A DNA stretch of 64,000 nucleotides, from the NCBI GenBank assembly GCA_951406725.2, contig OX597821.1:96162001-96226000 (forward strand), written 5' to 3'. Source of the DNA: Octopus vulgaris. Its lineage: Eukaryota. Under the pieces are notes generated by a model that had not been told where the DNA came from, did not search any database, and saw only the letters and a program-made list of their open reading frames with translations. Shown here one piece after another: positions 13,120 through 25,420 of the stretch. Each line of letters opens with the position of its first letter. Position 1 is the first letter of the stretch. The translations under genes and the position numbers were made by a program.

Positions 13120-13511
13120 TATTGGTATAAAACTATCTCCAGCCATCTCCAGCTTTCAACAATTAATTCTAGTTTTTTTTTGTAACCATAAATACGGTTG
13201 ATACACAAAGTATCGACATGAGAAAAAGTGCTGAACCAAACTATCGAGTTATATTAAATGTACACTTAAATTAGGAAATCTGTAGATTGTTGAACGCATA
13301 GACAAACTGGAAATCAGCCAAATGATGATCCACGCAGATTTAAACCGATGAGCTATATGTATCCGTTCAAGTAGCCAACCTTTGGTTGGAAGTAATCTAA
13401 AGACAGGCAGATGAAACTCTGACTATCAGAATACTGCGAGCTGGAATATTACTATATATGTTAAATATTTGCTCTCCCAAAGTCAGTGAGCTTTCTTTTC
13501 CTATGTTCGTA

Positions 13512-13573
<62 letters not shown>

Positions 13574-14436
13574 GTATGTGCGTGAGTGGATCTGTGTGTA
13601 GGTGTTAATTAAGGTAAGATAATGGACTATTTCTTTCAGGTCAAACAGAATACTACTTTATAATTCCTGCTATTCAATAATTTTAATAATTATTCAATCC
13701 CTTCTCTGCTTGTTTGTTTGCGTTTATTTTCTAATTTTTCTTCTCATTTTCATAAACTATTTTGTCTTAGAAAATGAATATTTATTCATATTTCTGGATT
13801 TCAAAAGTTATTCATTGAAATAACGTTATCTTAATGTTTATGACGTAATATTTATTGTTTAGTTCGAATGCTGTTATGTTTTATATTCTGCTTTTTAGCT
13901 GTCTTCAACATTTTTATATTTATACCTTAATATTTGCTGCTTCGTCTAAGTTATCTTATGTTTTGGCTTATTTGTGTCTCTTTTGCTCTATGTTTATGCC
14001 TTAATATTTATTATGTAGTTTATGTTGTGATATTTTGTTTTGATCTGCTTCATACACTTATTTATGCTTTGCTGAGGATTTTTTCTTCTGCTGGTGTTTA
14101 TTATTTTTTTATTATTTTCTCCAACATTTCTCTACGTTCTGCTAGCAGCTATTGTATATAGATTTATCTCTTCAATGACGTCTTAAATTCCCCCATCGAT
14201 CAAAGATTTTATTAATATATTCCAGATTCTCAATCCATAGCACTTTGTTCTCCGTTTCAAGTCTTTTGAAATACGATTGGTTTTATTTTATACTCCATAG
14301 GAAATAACTGAAAAAAGTCTTTATTTTATCACACCACACATTCACAAGCATATGCGTTATCTGTGCGTGAGTGTGCGCGTGTATGTATGTTAATTTTTTA
14401 CCCCTTATATTAATATATGTATAAAGTATGTAGAAA

Positions 14437-14481
<45 letters not shown>

Positions 14482-14483
<2 letters not shown>

Positions 14484-14660
14484 CGCAGGAGTGGCTGTGT
14501 GGTAAGTAGCTTGCTAACCAACCACATGGTTCCGGGTTCAGTCCACTGCGTGGCATCTTGGGCAAGTGTCTTCTACTATAGCCCCGGGCCGACCAATGCC
14601 TTGTGAGTGGATTTGGTAGACGGAAACTGAAAGAAGCTCTCTCTATATATATTATATATA

Positions 14661-14700
<40 letters not shown>
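14482..14700 (+). mobile_element. SINE family C, 5' half
   Basis: GGCGCAGGAGTGGCTGTGTGGTAAG...GGTTCAGTCC tRNA-like head, ending in its internal microsatellite. Confidence 0.85.
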
Positions 14701-14718
<18 letters not shown>

Positions 14719-14734
14719 CATGCAGAGGTATATA

Positions 14735-15847
14735 TTAGGTTATCCCATAAATAATGCGGTTTTTTCAACTGCATGAACTAAAAGTCAGAGGGGGATGGGA
14801 TGAACTACCAGCATCAACTTGCTATAGAAGCAGGTAGTAATTTTATCTTGTGTTATTCTTAGTGCAGGTTTTGAAGAGTACATTTCTATTATAACATTTA
14901 TTTTTTTCAAAGCTATAATGAAAGTGATAAAGGAGCATATTCGGCGCATTTCGTTTTATGAGTTCAATAAAGGCAACAACACAACGAAAAGTGCAAGGAA
15001 TATCAATGCAGTATTCGGGGATCGGACAATAAGCGTAAGCCAGTGTCAACGGTGGTTTCAGAAATTCCGAACCAAAACAACAGCCTAGAAGACAAGATTC
15101 GTCCTGGAAGATATGTAGGGCTCGACGACGACGTCTTGTAAACCCTGGTGCAACAAAATTCAATCGTAACTGTTGAAGAATTAGCACAGAAGCTTGGATT
15201 TGGACATTCATCGACACTTGAGTGCAATCAGAAAAGTCAGATAGTGAATGTGCGCTCTTTTTTTGTTGTCACGTCTCACGAATGAAACTTTCTTAAACCG
15301 AATAGTGACTGGTGACGAGAAATGAGTACTCTATAAAAATGTCAAGGTTTATCCCATTTTGAACTTTTAAACCCAAACTGAACGATAACAAAGGAGATCT
15401 ACTGCGAGCAGCTTCAGCGGCTTAAGTCAGCGCTAGAAGAAAAACGAACATCTTTGGTTTGAAGGCGAAGGTTGTTCTTCCATCAGGAAAATACTCGGTC
15501 ACATACAGCGAAGATAGCATTCCAAAGGCTGGAGCAGTTTGAATGGAAAACGATGCCCCACCCATCATATTCACCGGACATTGTCCTTTTTGATTATCAT
15601 TTATTACGCAGTCTTCAAAATCATTTGGAAGGGGAAAATATGAATTCTGTAGACGAGGTCAGAACAGTACTGGAAAAAGTATTTTTCGTGACTGACAAGT
15701 GAATATTGGAAAAGGGGCCCTGCAAGTCTCCCAGATAGATAGAAGAGTACTGTAGACTATATTTTAGGTTAAAAAGAACTTTGTTTATCTTAATCCTGAA
15801 AAATAAAAGAAGTATTAAAAAACCACATTATTTACGTGATGACCCAA
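14735..15847 (+). mobile_element. Mariner transposon fossil with internal deletion
   Basis: TIRs TTAGGTTATCCCATAAATAATGCGG and CCACATTATTTACGTGATGACCCAA, TA flanks; EFNKGN...ARNINAVFG..QRWFQKF, IVTGDEK, HQENTRSH, HPSYSPDIVLFDYHL; multiple stops. Confidence 0.92.
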
Positions 15848-15861
15848 TATATACATAGACA

Positions 15862-15939
<78 letters not shown>

Positions 15940-15989
15940 CATCCATATATATATATATGAATTTGGAGACTGTCAAAATGAGGTAGACG

Positions 15990-16030
15990 CCTCTAATGAG
16001 AACCCAATAAGGTTCGAAAATCGATGAAGG
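15990..16030 (+). ncRNA. Degenerate type I hammerhead-like motif
   Basis: CCT-CTAATGA-GAACC caataa GGTTC-GAAA-ATCGATGA-AGG; core has a G-to-A change. Confidence 0.4.
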
Positions 16031-16099
16031 TTGTTCTTAATTTTTTTTCAGGCTTTGTAGAAGCATCTGGATTGATACTATATTTGTGTGCGCGGATAC

Positions 16100-16520
16100 T
16101 CTCTTTACTCTTTTACTCTTTTACTTGTTTCAGTCATTTGACTGCGGCCATGCTGGAGCACCGCCTTTAGTCGAGCAAATCGACACCGGGACTTATTCTT
16201 TGTAAGCCCAGTACTTATTCTATCGGTCTCTTTTGCCGAACCGCTAAGTGACGGGGACGTAAACACACCAGCATCGGTTGTCAAGCAATGCTAGGGGGAC
16301 AAACACAGACGCACAAACACACAAACACACGCACACACATATATATACATATATACGACGGGCTTCTTTCAGTTTCCGTCTACCAAATCCACTCACAAGG
16401 CATTGGTCGGCCCGGGGCTATAGTAGAGGACACTTGCCCAAGATTCCACGCAGTGGGACTGAACCCGGAACCATGTGGTTGGTTAGCAAGCTACTTACCA
16501 CACAGTCACTCCTGCGCCTA
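16100..16520 (-). mobile_element. SINE family C, full length
   Basis: tRNA-like head at about 16520, internal (CA/TA) tract, (GTAAAAGA)n tail. Confidence 0.9.
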
Positions 16521-16801
16521 TGTGTAACTGTATAATAACATCTACCCAAGTACCATCCCAATGCTGCAATCGAGACATCATCACAACTAAGACCTCTCAA
16601 TTGTTTCAATTTCACGATAGTTATCCTCCAACAGCAGCAGCAATCTCCATTACAGCACCACCAACACATCTTTAGTGTCATCGCCGTCACAACAATGATT
16701 AACACTGCCAGATCTACTACAATCACAACCACAATCTTCCCCACCATCTTACTCTCGTCAACACCATCTCTAATACTCGGTATACCGAAACAATCCAGCC
16801 T

Positions 16802-16844
<43 letters not shown>

Positions 16845-16982
16845 ACAACTAGTACCATCAACATCGCTATGACAGCCAACATTGTTATCACCTAGGGCTA
16901 AAGAACAGCAACAACAATATAAAAAAGAACAGTTGTAACAATATTTGCAGGCAAATACCACTTAATGCTTTAATGTTAATAT

Positions 16983-17080
16983 ACTTACCGCTCCTAATCA
17001 ACCACACACTAATATAACAGGAGTTAAGTAAACAATGCAAAATGGGGTGAATTTCTTACCTGAAGAGAGAAAGAAAAAGC
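16983..17080 (-). other. Candidate recursive splice site with 71-nt cryptic exon
   Basis: Minus strand CTTTTTCTTTCTCTCTTCAG|GTAAGA ... GAGCG|GTAAGT; exon 17059-16989. Confidence 0.5.
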
Positions 17081-17119
17081 CAACTGTGAGAAACACGAAT
17101 CAAATATAGCATATATGTA

Positions 17120-17699
<580 letters not shown>

Positions 17700-17700
17700 G

Positions 17701-17903
17701 TAGTTAATCCAAACAAGAAAGCACAAAAAAACACAACGCGAGGACGTGGAACAAATATAGTATTATTGGACGCTCAGGAAAGAAGGAAAGAAGGAGGGTT
17801 TAACGTTTGGAGCGGAGCGCTTCGTCGGAAACATAGGAGAGGGAAAGATCCAGAGAAGGGAAGACAGAGGAAAAAAAATCGCCAACGGTACACACGCGGT
17901 CAC

Positions 17904-17907
<4 letters not shown>
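17701..17907 (-). mobile_element. (TA)n-flanked ~205-bp element with a minimal hammerhead motif (17798-17832)
   Basis: Homologous to 29370-29927; minus strand GTTT-CCGACGA-A-GCGC tcc GCTC-CAAACGTT-AAAC. Confidence 0.7.
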
Positions 17908-17944
<37 letters not shown>

Positions 17945-17951
<7 letters not shown>

Positions 17952-18123
17952 ATTCACAAAAAACAAAAGACGAAGACATGTGGTGTAGACAACAAACAGA
18001 TGTATTAGTTTAACGCTCAGGAAGTGAAAAAGTCTTTAACGTTTCGAGCCTACGCTCTTCCACAGAAAGGAACACAGAAAGAAACAAGGAGAGAAAATAA
18101 AGACTGTGTAGTGGCTAGCGATC
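17945..18123 (-). mobile_element. Related microsatellite-flanked element with a hammerhead-like motif (18034-18069)
   Basis: Minus strand CTTT-CTGTGGA-A-GAGC gtag GCTC-GAAACGTT-AAAG; shares downstream TTCCTGAGCGT with the 17701 element. Confidence 0.65.
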
Positions 18124-18731
18124 CACACACACACACATGTGTAATAAATTAAGATACTGAAAGTTTTTGTTTCATTTTACCATTTTCTTTAAAACAACGA
18201 ACTTTATTTACAGGAAAAACTTAAGAACAAGCATTGCATACATGAACATGAAATACTTAATGATATAGTCATTTACTGGGAATGTATTGAGACACGAAAA
18301 TGCATATCCAAGCATCTATAATAAACAGAGCAGCTTATAGAAACATCAGTAATATATGGGAATTGATGTTTTTCCAATGCATACTAAGATTCTGGTACTA
18401 AGTTGATTGATAATGCAATGCCAAAAATTGTTCAGAATTGTAAATGCAAACAAAACAAAATCAAAACAAACAGAACAACTGCTATCTATTGCGGATATTT
18501 GTGTAATCAATATAGTTTTCATCGTTTAATGATTGTCCAAGATTACTGGATATATTAACTTCTTATGATGTATTTTCTCAAAAGTAATTTATCATTTAAT
18601 ATGTATATATGAGTGTGTGTAATTAAATATACTGGTATGCATTCATAAATACATACACACACATGCATGTGCGTGTCTATGTGCGTATATATACGTATAT
18701 ACATACATTCGTTGCCATTATTGAATGCCAA

Positions 18732-18948
18732 GAAGGTGGCGAGCTGGCAGAATCGTTAGCATACCGGGCGAAATGTTTAGTGGTATTTCGTTTGCCGCTA
18801 CATTCTGAGTTCAAATTCCACCAAGGTAGACTTTGGCTTTCATCTCTTCGGAGTTGATGAAATAAGTAGCAGTCAAGTGCTAGGGTCGATGTAATCGGCT
18901 ATTCCCCTCCCCAAATTTCAGGCCTTGTGCCAATAGTAGAAAGAATTA
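18732..18948 (+). mobile_element. SINE family A
   Basis: GGTGGCGAGCTGGCAGAATCGTTAGC...TGAGTTCAAATTCC. Confidence 0.85.
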
Positions 18949-19280
18949 TCGAATGATAAGAGTCTTAGAGCTATATGTAAGCAAATCTTTGAATCCAATC
19001 GCTTAAAGTTTTTATAATATCAGAGTTGATTTATCGGAGAATTCTTGCCCAATGACAGGTTAATGATCCTCCAACTGATTTTATCAACTATATTTGTAAA
19101 AATATCGGTGGATGATATGAGTCTATATTTCGATATGGCTTGCTATATATCCCTGTAATGTCACTGCAGCACGTATAAAAGCTTCATTTACATTAGATTC
19201 CACGAAGGTAGGTTTGGTCGGGACGTTTTTCACTCCGTGTTTTAAATATTCTAATTTTGTTCGTGCGTACACTTATAGTC

Positions 19281-19424
19281 TATTATACTAACGATTTGAT
19301 AGCCTATTAAACTAACGATTTGATAGCCTATTATACTAACGATTTGATAGCCTATTAAACTAACGATTTGATAGCCTATTATACTAACGATTTGATAGCC
19401 TATTAAACTAACGATTTGATAGCA
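19281..19424. repeat. 24-bp tandem repeat x6 (48-bp higher-order unit x3)
   Basis: TATTA(T/A)ACTAACGATTTGATAGCC with strictly alternating T/A. Confidence 0.95.
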
Positions 19425-19778
19425 TCTAGCTAAATCACGTGGTATGATTTGTGCGAATTAGCAGTGTCGTTAGAGCGTCCAATAAAAAGCCTTGTCATAG
19501 TTGTTCTAATCCGCATTTCTAATCCGGTATAAATAAAGACATGCACCTACCTCATCCCTAAGAAATAAAATTCTAGAATTATCTGAATCCGATCGTTTAG
19601 ATATGATATTCAATATAAATTTATGTAAGAATACTAATGCCGTCCAAAACAAACATAATTGATGAATAACTACAAAAGACAAAAAGAAACAAACAAACCC
19701 ACATCTTCATTTAAATCTAACAACTTTTACCACCTAGAAGATAGCAGCTACATCTCCAAAGAATAGCAACCCAAACTA

Positions 19779-19992
19779 AGGCGGCGAATTCGCAGAATCA
19801 TAAGCATGCCGGGCAAAACTCTTAGCGGCATTTCGTTCGTCCTCACTTTCTGAGTTCAAATTCCGCTGAGGTCGACTTTGTTTTTCGTCCTTTCGGAGTC
19901 AATAAATTAAGTACCAGTCGATGACTGGGATCGATATAATCGACTTACCGCCGCTACAAAACTGCTGGCCTTGTGCTAAACTCTGAAACCAA
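19779..19992 (+). mobile_element. SINE family A
   Basis: Same head and core as the other family A copies. Confidence 0.85.
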
Positions 19993-21544
19993 TAAAACCC
20001 CAAACTATAAAAAGGCTATTGTACAAACTTAAAATAAAATGCATATTGAAGCAAATGGAGCATATGAATTTCAGTTCGATAATCAGAATGTATAGCTAAA
20101 CTTCGCAAAAATATGAGATCGTGGTAATTAGTAAGAAAGTCTTAAGTAATACGCACAGAAATAGGAGGAGGTCAACCGACTTCCAACAATGGAATAAAAA
20201 TAAATAGACATTAGCTGGTTTAATAAGATTAATAATAAAAATGAATATGACCTAATTTAATATCGTCGAATATTATACCTTCATCCCGAAACCTCTACTT
20301 TTAATTTCATAGAATTTGCCATGATATATAATAATAACATATAACAATGCTATAAATATTATGCACGCTAGGAAATCTCAGCACTTCAATAATGATTCTG
20401 CCTGGGTTAAGATATTCAAAGCATCAACTTCATTCGATATCAGTATGTGTTCGTTTGTCAGTACGATGATGAGCGATCATATTGGTTTATAAATTCTAGA
20501 TATACTTATTAAGAAATTTATTACAGCAAATATTGGCTCATGTAATTTCAGTGTAATAGCTATTAATGCTAACCTTAATATCGAAAAATTCTTATTAGTT
20601 ACCGCAGTAAAACACTAAACTAATTAAAATCTTCCGTATAGAAATATAGTCTCCTGCCATCCACTCACTAGTTTAAGAAAAAATAACCCCTCCTGAATAA
20701 TGATATCAAAAGAAAACTCTCTTACTCTTCATCGAATAAAGAAATATTCGATATTTCTTATCCCTACATCAATAAGTAAATAGATCAAAAGATAAGATCG
20801 CATATGCCCCAAATATTCTCTATTCAATGGTGACAAGCATTTTTGTAACATTATCGAATCCACAAATAGTTTTTTCATTAAACTTTAAATCTAATATTAC
20901 TACAATCATCCTAGCTTTAATAAATAAGCTTTCATAATCAACTCAGGATATAGATAATAATATTCAATAGAAATTACTTTAAACAAAGTTTCAACTCTAA
21001 TACCCACATGAAAATCTTAATTATCTTAAATTAACTGTACAAACTTTTGCCTGCGTCACCAGCCAAGTAAAGCTGAAACAATTATATATGAAATAGAACT
21101 CGGAAACACTATCATTTATGTATAGCGGAACAGTAAATTTAACCAAACATACTTCAACAATGCTTCTGCCTTTAGATATACAGAAAAGTATAACAAAATC
21201 ATCCACTTAGTCCTGTCTTTGAAAGAATAAGTCGCTGATTTTGTCTCAAGATGGAAGATCTTCTAAAGATGCAAACTATATAGAAACGAGACATAAACCT
21301 GCTGTTATGCGCAGATTAGAAGAGTCTCATTAGAAAACGTTTTCATAAATCTGAAAAGTACCTGAGTGTCAGACCGAAGATTTTTAGTTTATGTCGCTAC
21401 TTCGACAAGTACCTACTGTAATATGGGATGACCATACCATTACTTGACTGGAACTTAATAATTTAACCAAAACATTAACATTATGATACAATTCTCTTTT
21501 TCAGTCTTCATCCACTATTAGACACTTTCAAACCTGCCTTACAT

Positions 21545-22320
21545 TCGAACCGGAATCTCAACGCCCAAGTTTTCCATCTGAAGTTAATTTCTCTCATGGA
21601 GCTCATACAAAAAGGGCAAGTCTTTGGGCCCATACAATGTGACATGTACACAATCGAGTGGCAAAAAAGGGGCCTTCCACATGCTCATATCCTCCTTTGG
21701 CTCTCAGCGAAGATCAATTCCAATGATATCGACAACATAATCTCTGCAGAGCTTCCTGATCCAGCTTTAGACAAAGAACTATACGAAATAGTTAAAGCAA
21801 ACATGGTACATGGTCCATGTGGGCGTGGATTCAACATAAACACACCATGCTTGAAGGACAGCATATGTTCAAAAAGATTTCCAAGGAGGTTCTCACAATA
21901 ACTTATAGCAATACACTACCTGATATTTTCAATTCTTTATTGGGATTTCATATAGCAGAATGAATCAATATATATCCACCAAGAAAAATCACATTGTTTA
22001 TATTTCCCTCCATCGGTTTTAACACCCTAATACACAATCCTTTATCTCAGGATGCTTTATAATATTACACTTTTAGGAACCTTTGCTCCTAACAAAGAAA
22101 GCTGAAACGTAGAAGGCAGATATTCTCCAAATACAAGAATAAAAAGAGGAAAAGAGGATAAGAATTTTCGAATACGGCCGTAAGCCGTTTTAATCTTAAT
22201 GCTGCTTGCAAATTACAGTATTTGTATAGAAAGAGATAAAGGCAGTTTCTGTACGTTTGCATTTATATACAAGAGATGGTTATGTTTGACTGTTACATCA
22301 GTCGGAATCGCAGCAAGAAG
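21545..22320 (+). mobile_element. Helitron Rep/helicase remnant
   Basis: QVFHLKL..LM....GQVFG....YTIEWQKRGLPHAHILLWL...IDNIISAELPDP...MVHGPCG...CSKRFPR (HUH Rep motif); downstream TVTSVGIAA (~22289-22315) resembles Pif1 helicase motif Ia. Confidence 0.9.
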
Positions 22321-22755
22321 AAAATACGTCTAATCACTTTGGCTGCGCCATTCAAAAGCTATAGATCTAATTCTCCCACAAAGCAACACCACAACGTGCG
22401 CCATCGAGTAACCAATGCATGAGACAACTGGTTTCAAGGGAGGTAACTGTCAACACACTCTTTGAGATCTATATTATTCTTTCCCTCTTTCGCCTTCAAA
22501 GTCATATATCTTTAAACCCTTCGTCTGTATTTTGCAGGTCTTTTTACCTCACCTACTTCTTAGTATCAAAGGGAAATAACTAACTTGTAACGCCTTTTCT
22601 CTTTAATGAGGCGTACTCCTTTTAACTAATATCTGAATATCACACATTTTATGGAGATTTTTATGAACTGGTTGAATTTATCCTCTGATGATTATTTACA
22701 CAATCTGAGCATGAATATTTTAATTGCAGCATAATATCGCTAATGGACTATATCA

Positions 22756-22792
<37 letters not shown>

Positions 22793-23013
22793 GCAACACA
22801 CACACTCATGTATGTATGTATTATATTTGATTTTTGGAACGATGGATTTCGAAGTACAGAGAAAATTATAAACATTAGCATATAAATTTTGGGTTGAGAA
22901 AACGTTTTGGATAGAAAAAAAGAAGGCTGTCACGGGAAAAACATTTTTTCATGCTATTATTTATAGATATATGCGAGCTTCGACATTCATTATTCCAAGA
23001 AAGAATTATTTCC

Positions 23014-23059
<46 letters not shown>

Positions 23060-23549
23060 TACACGCACACACGCACACAAACACACAGACATACACGCAT
23101 ACACAACCATTCACATGCGTGCACACACACCCATACACATATACATGCATGAAATGATAAAAAAAAAAATAAAGCAATGGAACGAGAGAAAATAGAGAGA
23201 AACTATGACAAGAGTTTGTCCTGAAATGGAAGTAAAAGCCGTTTAACATGTAACCAGTTCGAAATTGGATATGGACTAGAAATTAGATAGGAATAACGGA
23301 CTGATTTTGTTTGACAGGTATGTGTGAGTGTCCGCTAGCGTGTGGGTAAGCGCGTTGCAGATGTCCATGTCAATAAAGTCGTGGATTTCAACCGATCAGT
23401 TTTCAGGCGGTTGTTATAGTTGCTGTTGAACTTCTGTTCGAATCTGATCGTTCCTTGACCAACTGTTTATATTCGGACATGAATGAATGCATCTTGGACT
23501 ACCGTATCCGATATAGTTACTTCTTTAAGGCATCTAGACGTTGTCATCC

Positions 23550-24020
23550 GAGAGAGAGAAGGAGAGAGAGAGAGAGAGAGAGAGAAAGGAGAGAAGGGGA
23601 GAGAAGCAGGAGAGAAGGACAGACAGACAGTGCATGTGCATGAGAGAGAGAGAGAGATGTGCGTGAGAGCGAGAGTGGGATGGAGAGAGAGGGAGAGAAA
23701 GGGAGAGAAAGGGAGAGAAAGGGAGAGGGAGAGAGTAAGAGAAAGAGGGAGAAAGAAATAGAAAGAGAGAGACAAAGAGAAAGTGAAAGAGAAAGAGAGA
23801 GAAAGCGAGAGAGAGAACCAGAGAGAAACATAAAGAGAAAGAAAGAGAGAGAAAGACAAAGGGAGAGGGAGAGAGAAAGAGAGAGATAAAGAAAGAGAAA
23901 GAGGTAGACAAAGAGACAGTGAAAGAGAAAGAGAGAGAAAGCGAGAAGAAGATAGAGACAGAGAAGCAGAAAGAGAAAGAAAGAGGAAGAGGGAGAGAGA
24001 GAGAGTGGGAGGGAGAGAAG
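23550..24020. repeat. GA-rich degenerate polypurine tract
   Basis: Directly visible. Confidence 0.95.
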
Positions 24021-24289
24021 ATGACTTGGCTTTTATTTTTAGCAGGTCTAGAGGCCACGAAGCCACTCTCTCGCATCCTGTCAACTAGACTTCTGGGGCT
24101 GACTGAGAGAAACCTGCCCGTTATTTCTAACGGAAAGAGCGATTATATAAAGGTACGTTGGAAAAGCAAACGTTAATTTAGAGAGCAGAGTTCAATTCCA
24201 TCGTAGGGCCTAGTAGAGTATATTGAGAAAGAGAAATCCAAATGTTACTTCGTTTGAATCCATCTAGCTTTAAGCAGGCACCGCGGTAG

Positions 24290-25420
24290 TTGTACAGATT
24301 TAGTTGTTGAACCCTAGGTTAGTGCTGACCTATAAGAGAACATTAGTGTTTTTGTTTATACCTAGGCCATCTCTGATCAAATATTATTCATGATCAAAAA
24401 CCTTTAACGTGACCATCCCGTCTTTTTGGGTGTACATCAGACTACAAGATCGAATATATGCTTTTCCCTCTTTAAAATGTTGGTGCGTAATTTGAACGAG
24501 ATTTGGTTGTTATTTCCTGTAGATGGACCAGTGAATCATACTCTCCTTCTCTTGTTGTCGTTCTTTAGCTTCCATCAACCTGATTAAGGAAAAGTATGAT
24601 CATAGGCGTTCTCGACATGGCCATCTTTTCTTTGATTCAGACACAAGGCATATAGAGTTATAGGGCTACATTGTCAAATGTGTTTTCCTTTTTGAGACAG
24701 TTGGACATGATTTAAGGGAGATTTGGCTGTTATTTGTAATAGAACACTTAAGTGTACAAAGCTTCATATTGATTAATCCTAGGCCAACCTTGATCGAACG
24801 AACTTACAATTAAATATATTCTAGCCTCAAGCATCTTGTTTTCTTTCCCAGACATTGTGTGTCTATGCGTATATTATCTAATGCAGTGGTTTTCAACCAT
24901 TTTTTTTTACTATGGACTCCTTTCATTCCAATATTACTCTGATGTGTCCTCACAACCATTCAATGTTTAAAAAAGTCTTATTTATAATTAAACATTAGGA
25001 ATTGTATCAAAAAACAATTGTTAAAATATTTTGTGTATTGTTGAAGTATAACCAATTTATTGCACATAAATTTTAACAACCAAATCTTATATGGATCCCC
25101 AAATGTCATAAGGACCCCTGTTGAGAACCATTGATCTAATGAGCCCTTTTTCATTTCAAGGCAGTAGGGTACATTTTGAGAATACTTTGGTTACTATTTC
25201 TAGCGACCGTGTATACTCTCCTTGTTGGTGATGTCACTATTGTTGTCGGCCGTGACGGTAAAGACGTGTTCATTGCAACATCTCTTATTTTAGCAAGCCG
25301 TAGCCATTTTCGACTGTGTATCAAGAACCATATTATACAATATTTTCTGCTATTTTAAGTGTGATATTTAGCTGTAATTTTGATAGGTCGAGTGATTACG
25401 TAGTGGATCTGTCATTGTAT
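24290..25420 (+). mobile_element. Cluster of old dispersed-repeat copies (family E)
   Basis: Recurrent GAGATTTGG(C/T)TGTTATTT motif with GACCATC..TCTTTT; similar at ~32040-32230. Confidence 0.5.
24884..25133. mobile_element. hAT-type MITE
   Basis: TIRs CAGTGGTTTTCAAC and GTTGAGAACCATTG; 8-bp TSD ATCTAATG at 24876-24883 and 25134-25141. Confidence 0.9.

Noticed and set aside
19281-19424. Possible CRISPR array
   Set aside because: Repeats are contiguous with no unique spacers, the context is eukaryotic, and there are no cas genes
20200-21300. Minus-strand LINE RT remnant (GIIFDD and FDIK-like words)
   Set aside because: Only a few short motif-like words; too degraded to call by eye
21596-21901. 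Host protein-coding gene
   Set aside because: It is a Helitron Rep HUH fragment ending in a stop, with degraded helicase sequence downstream
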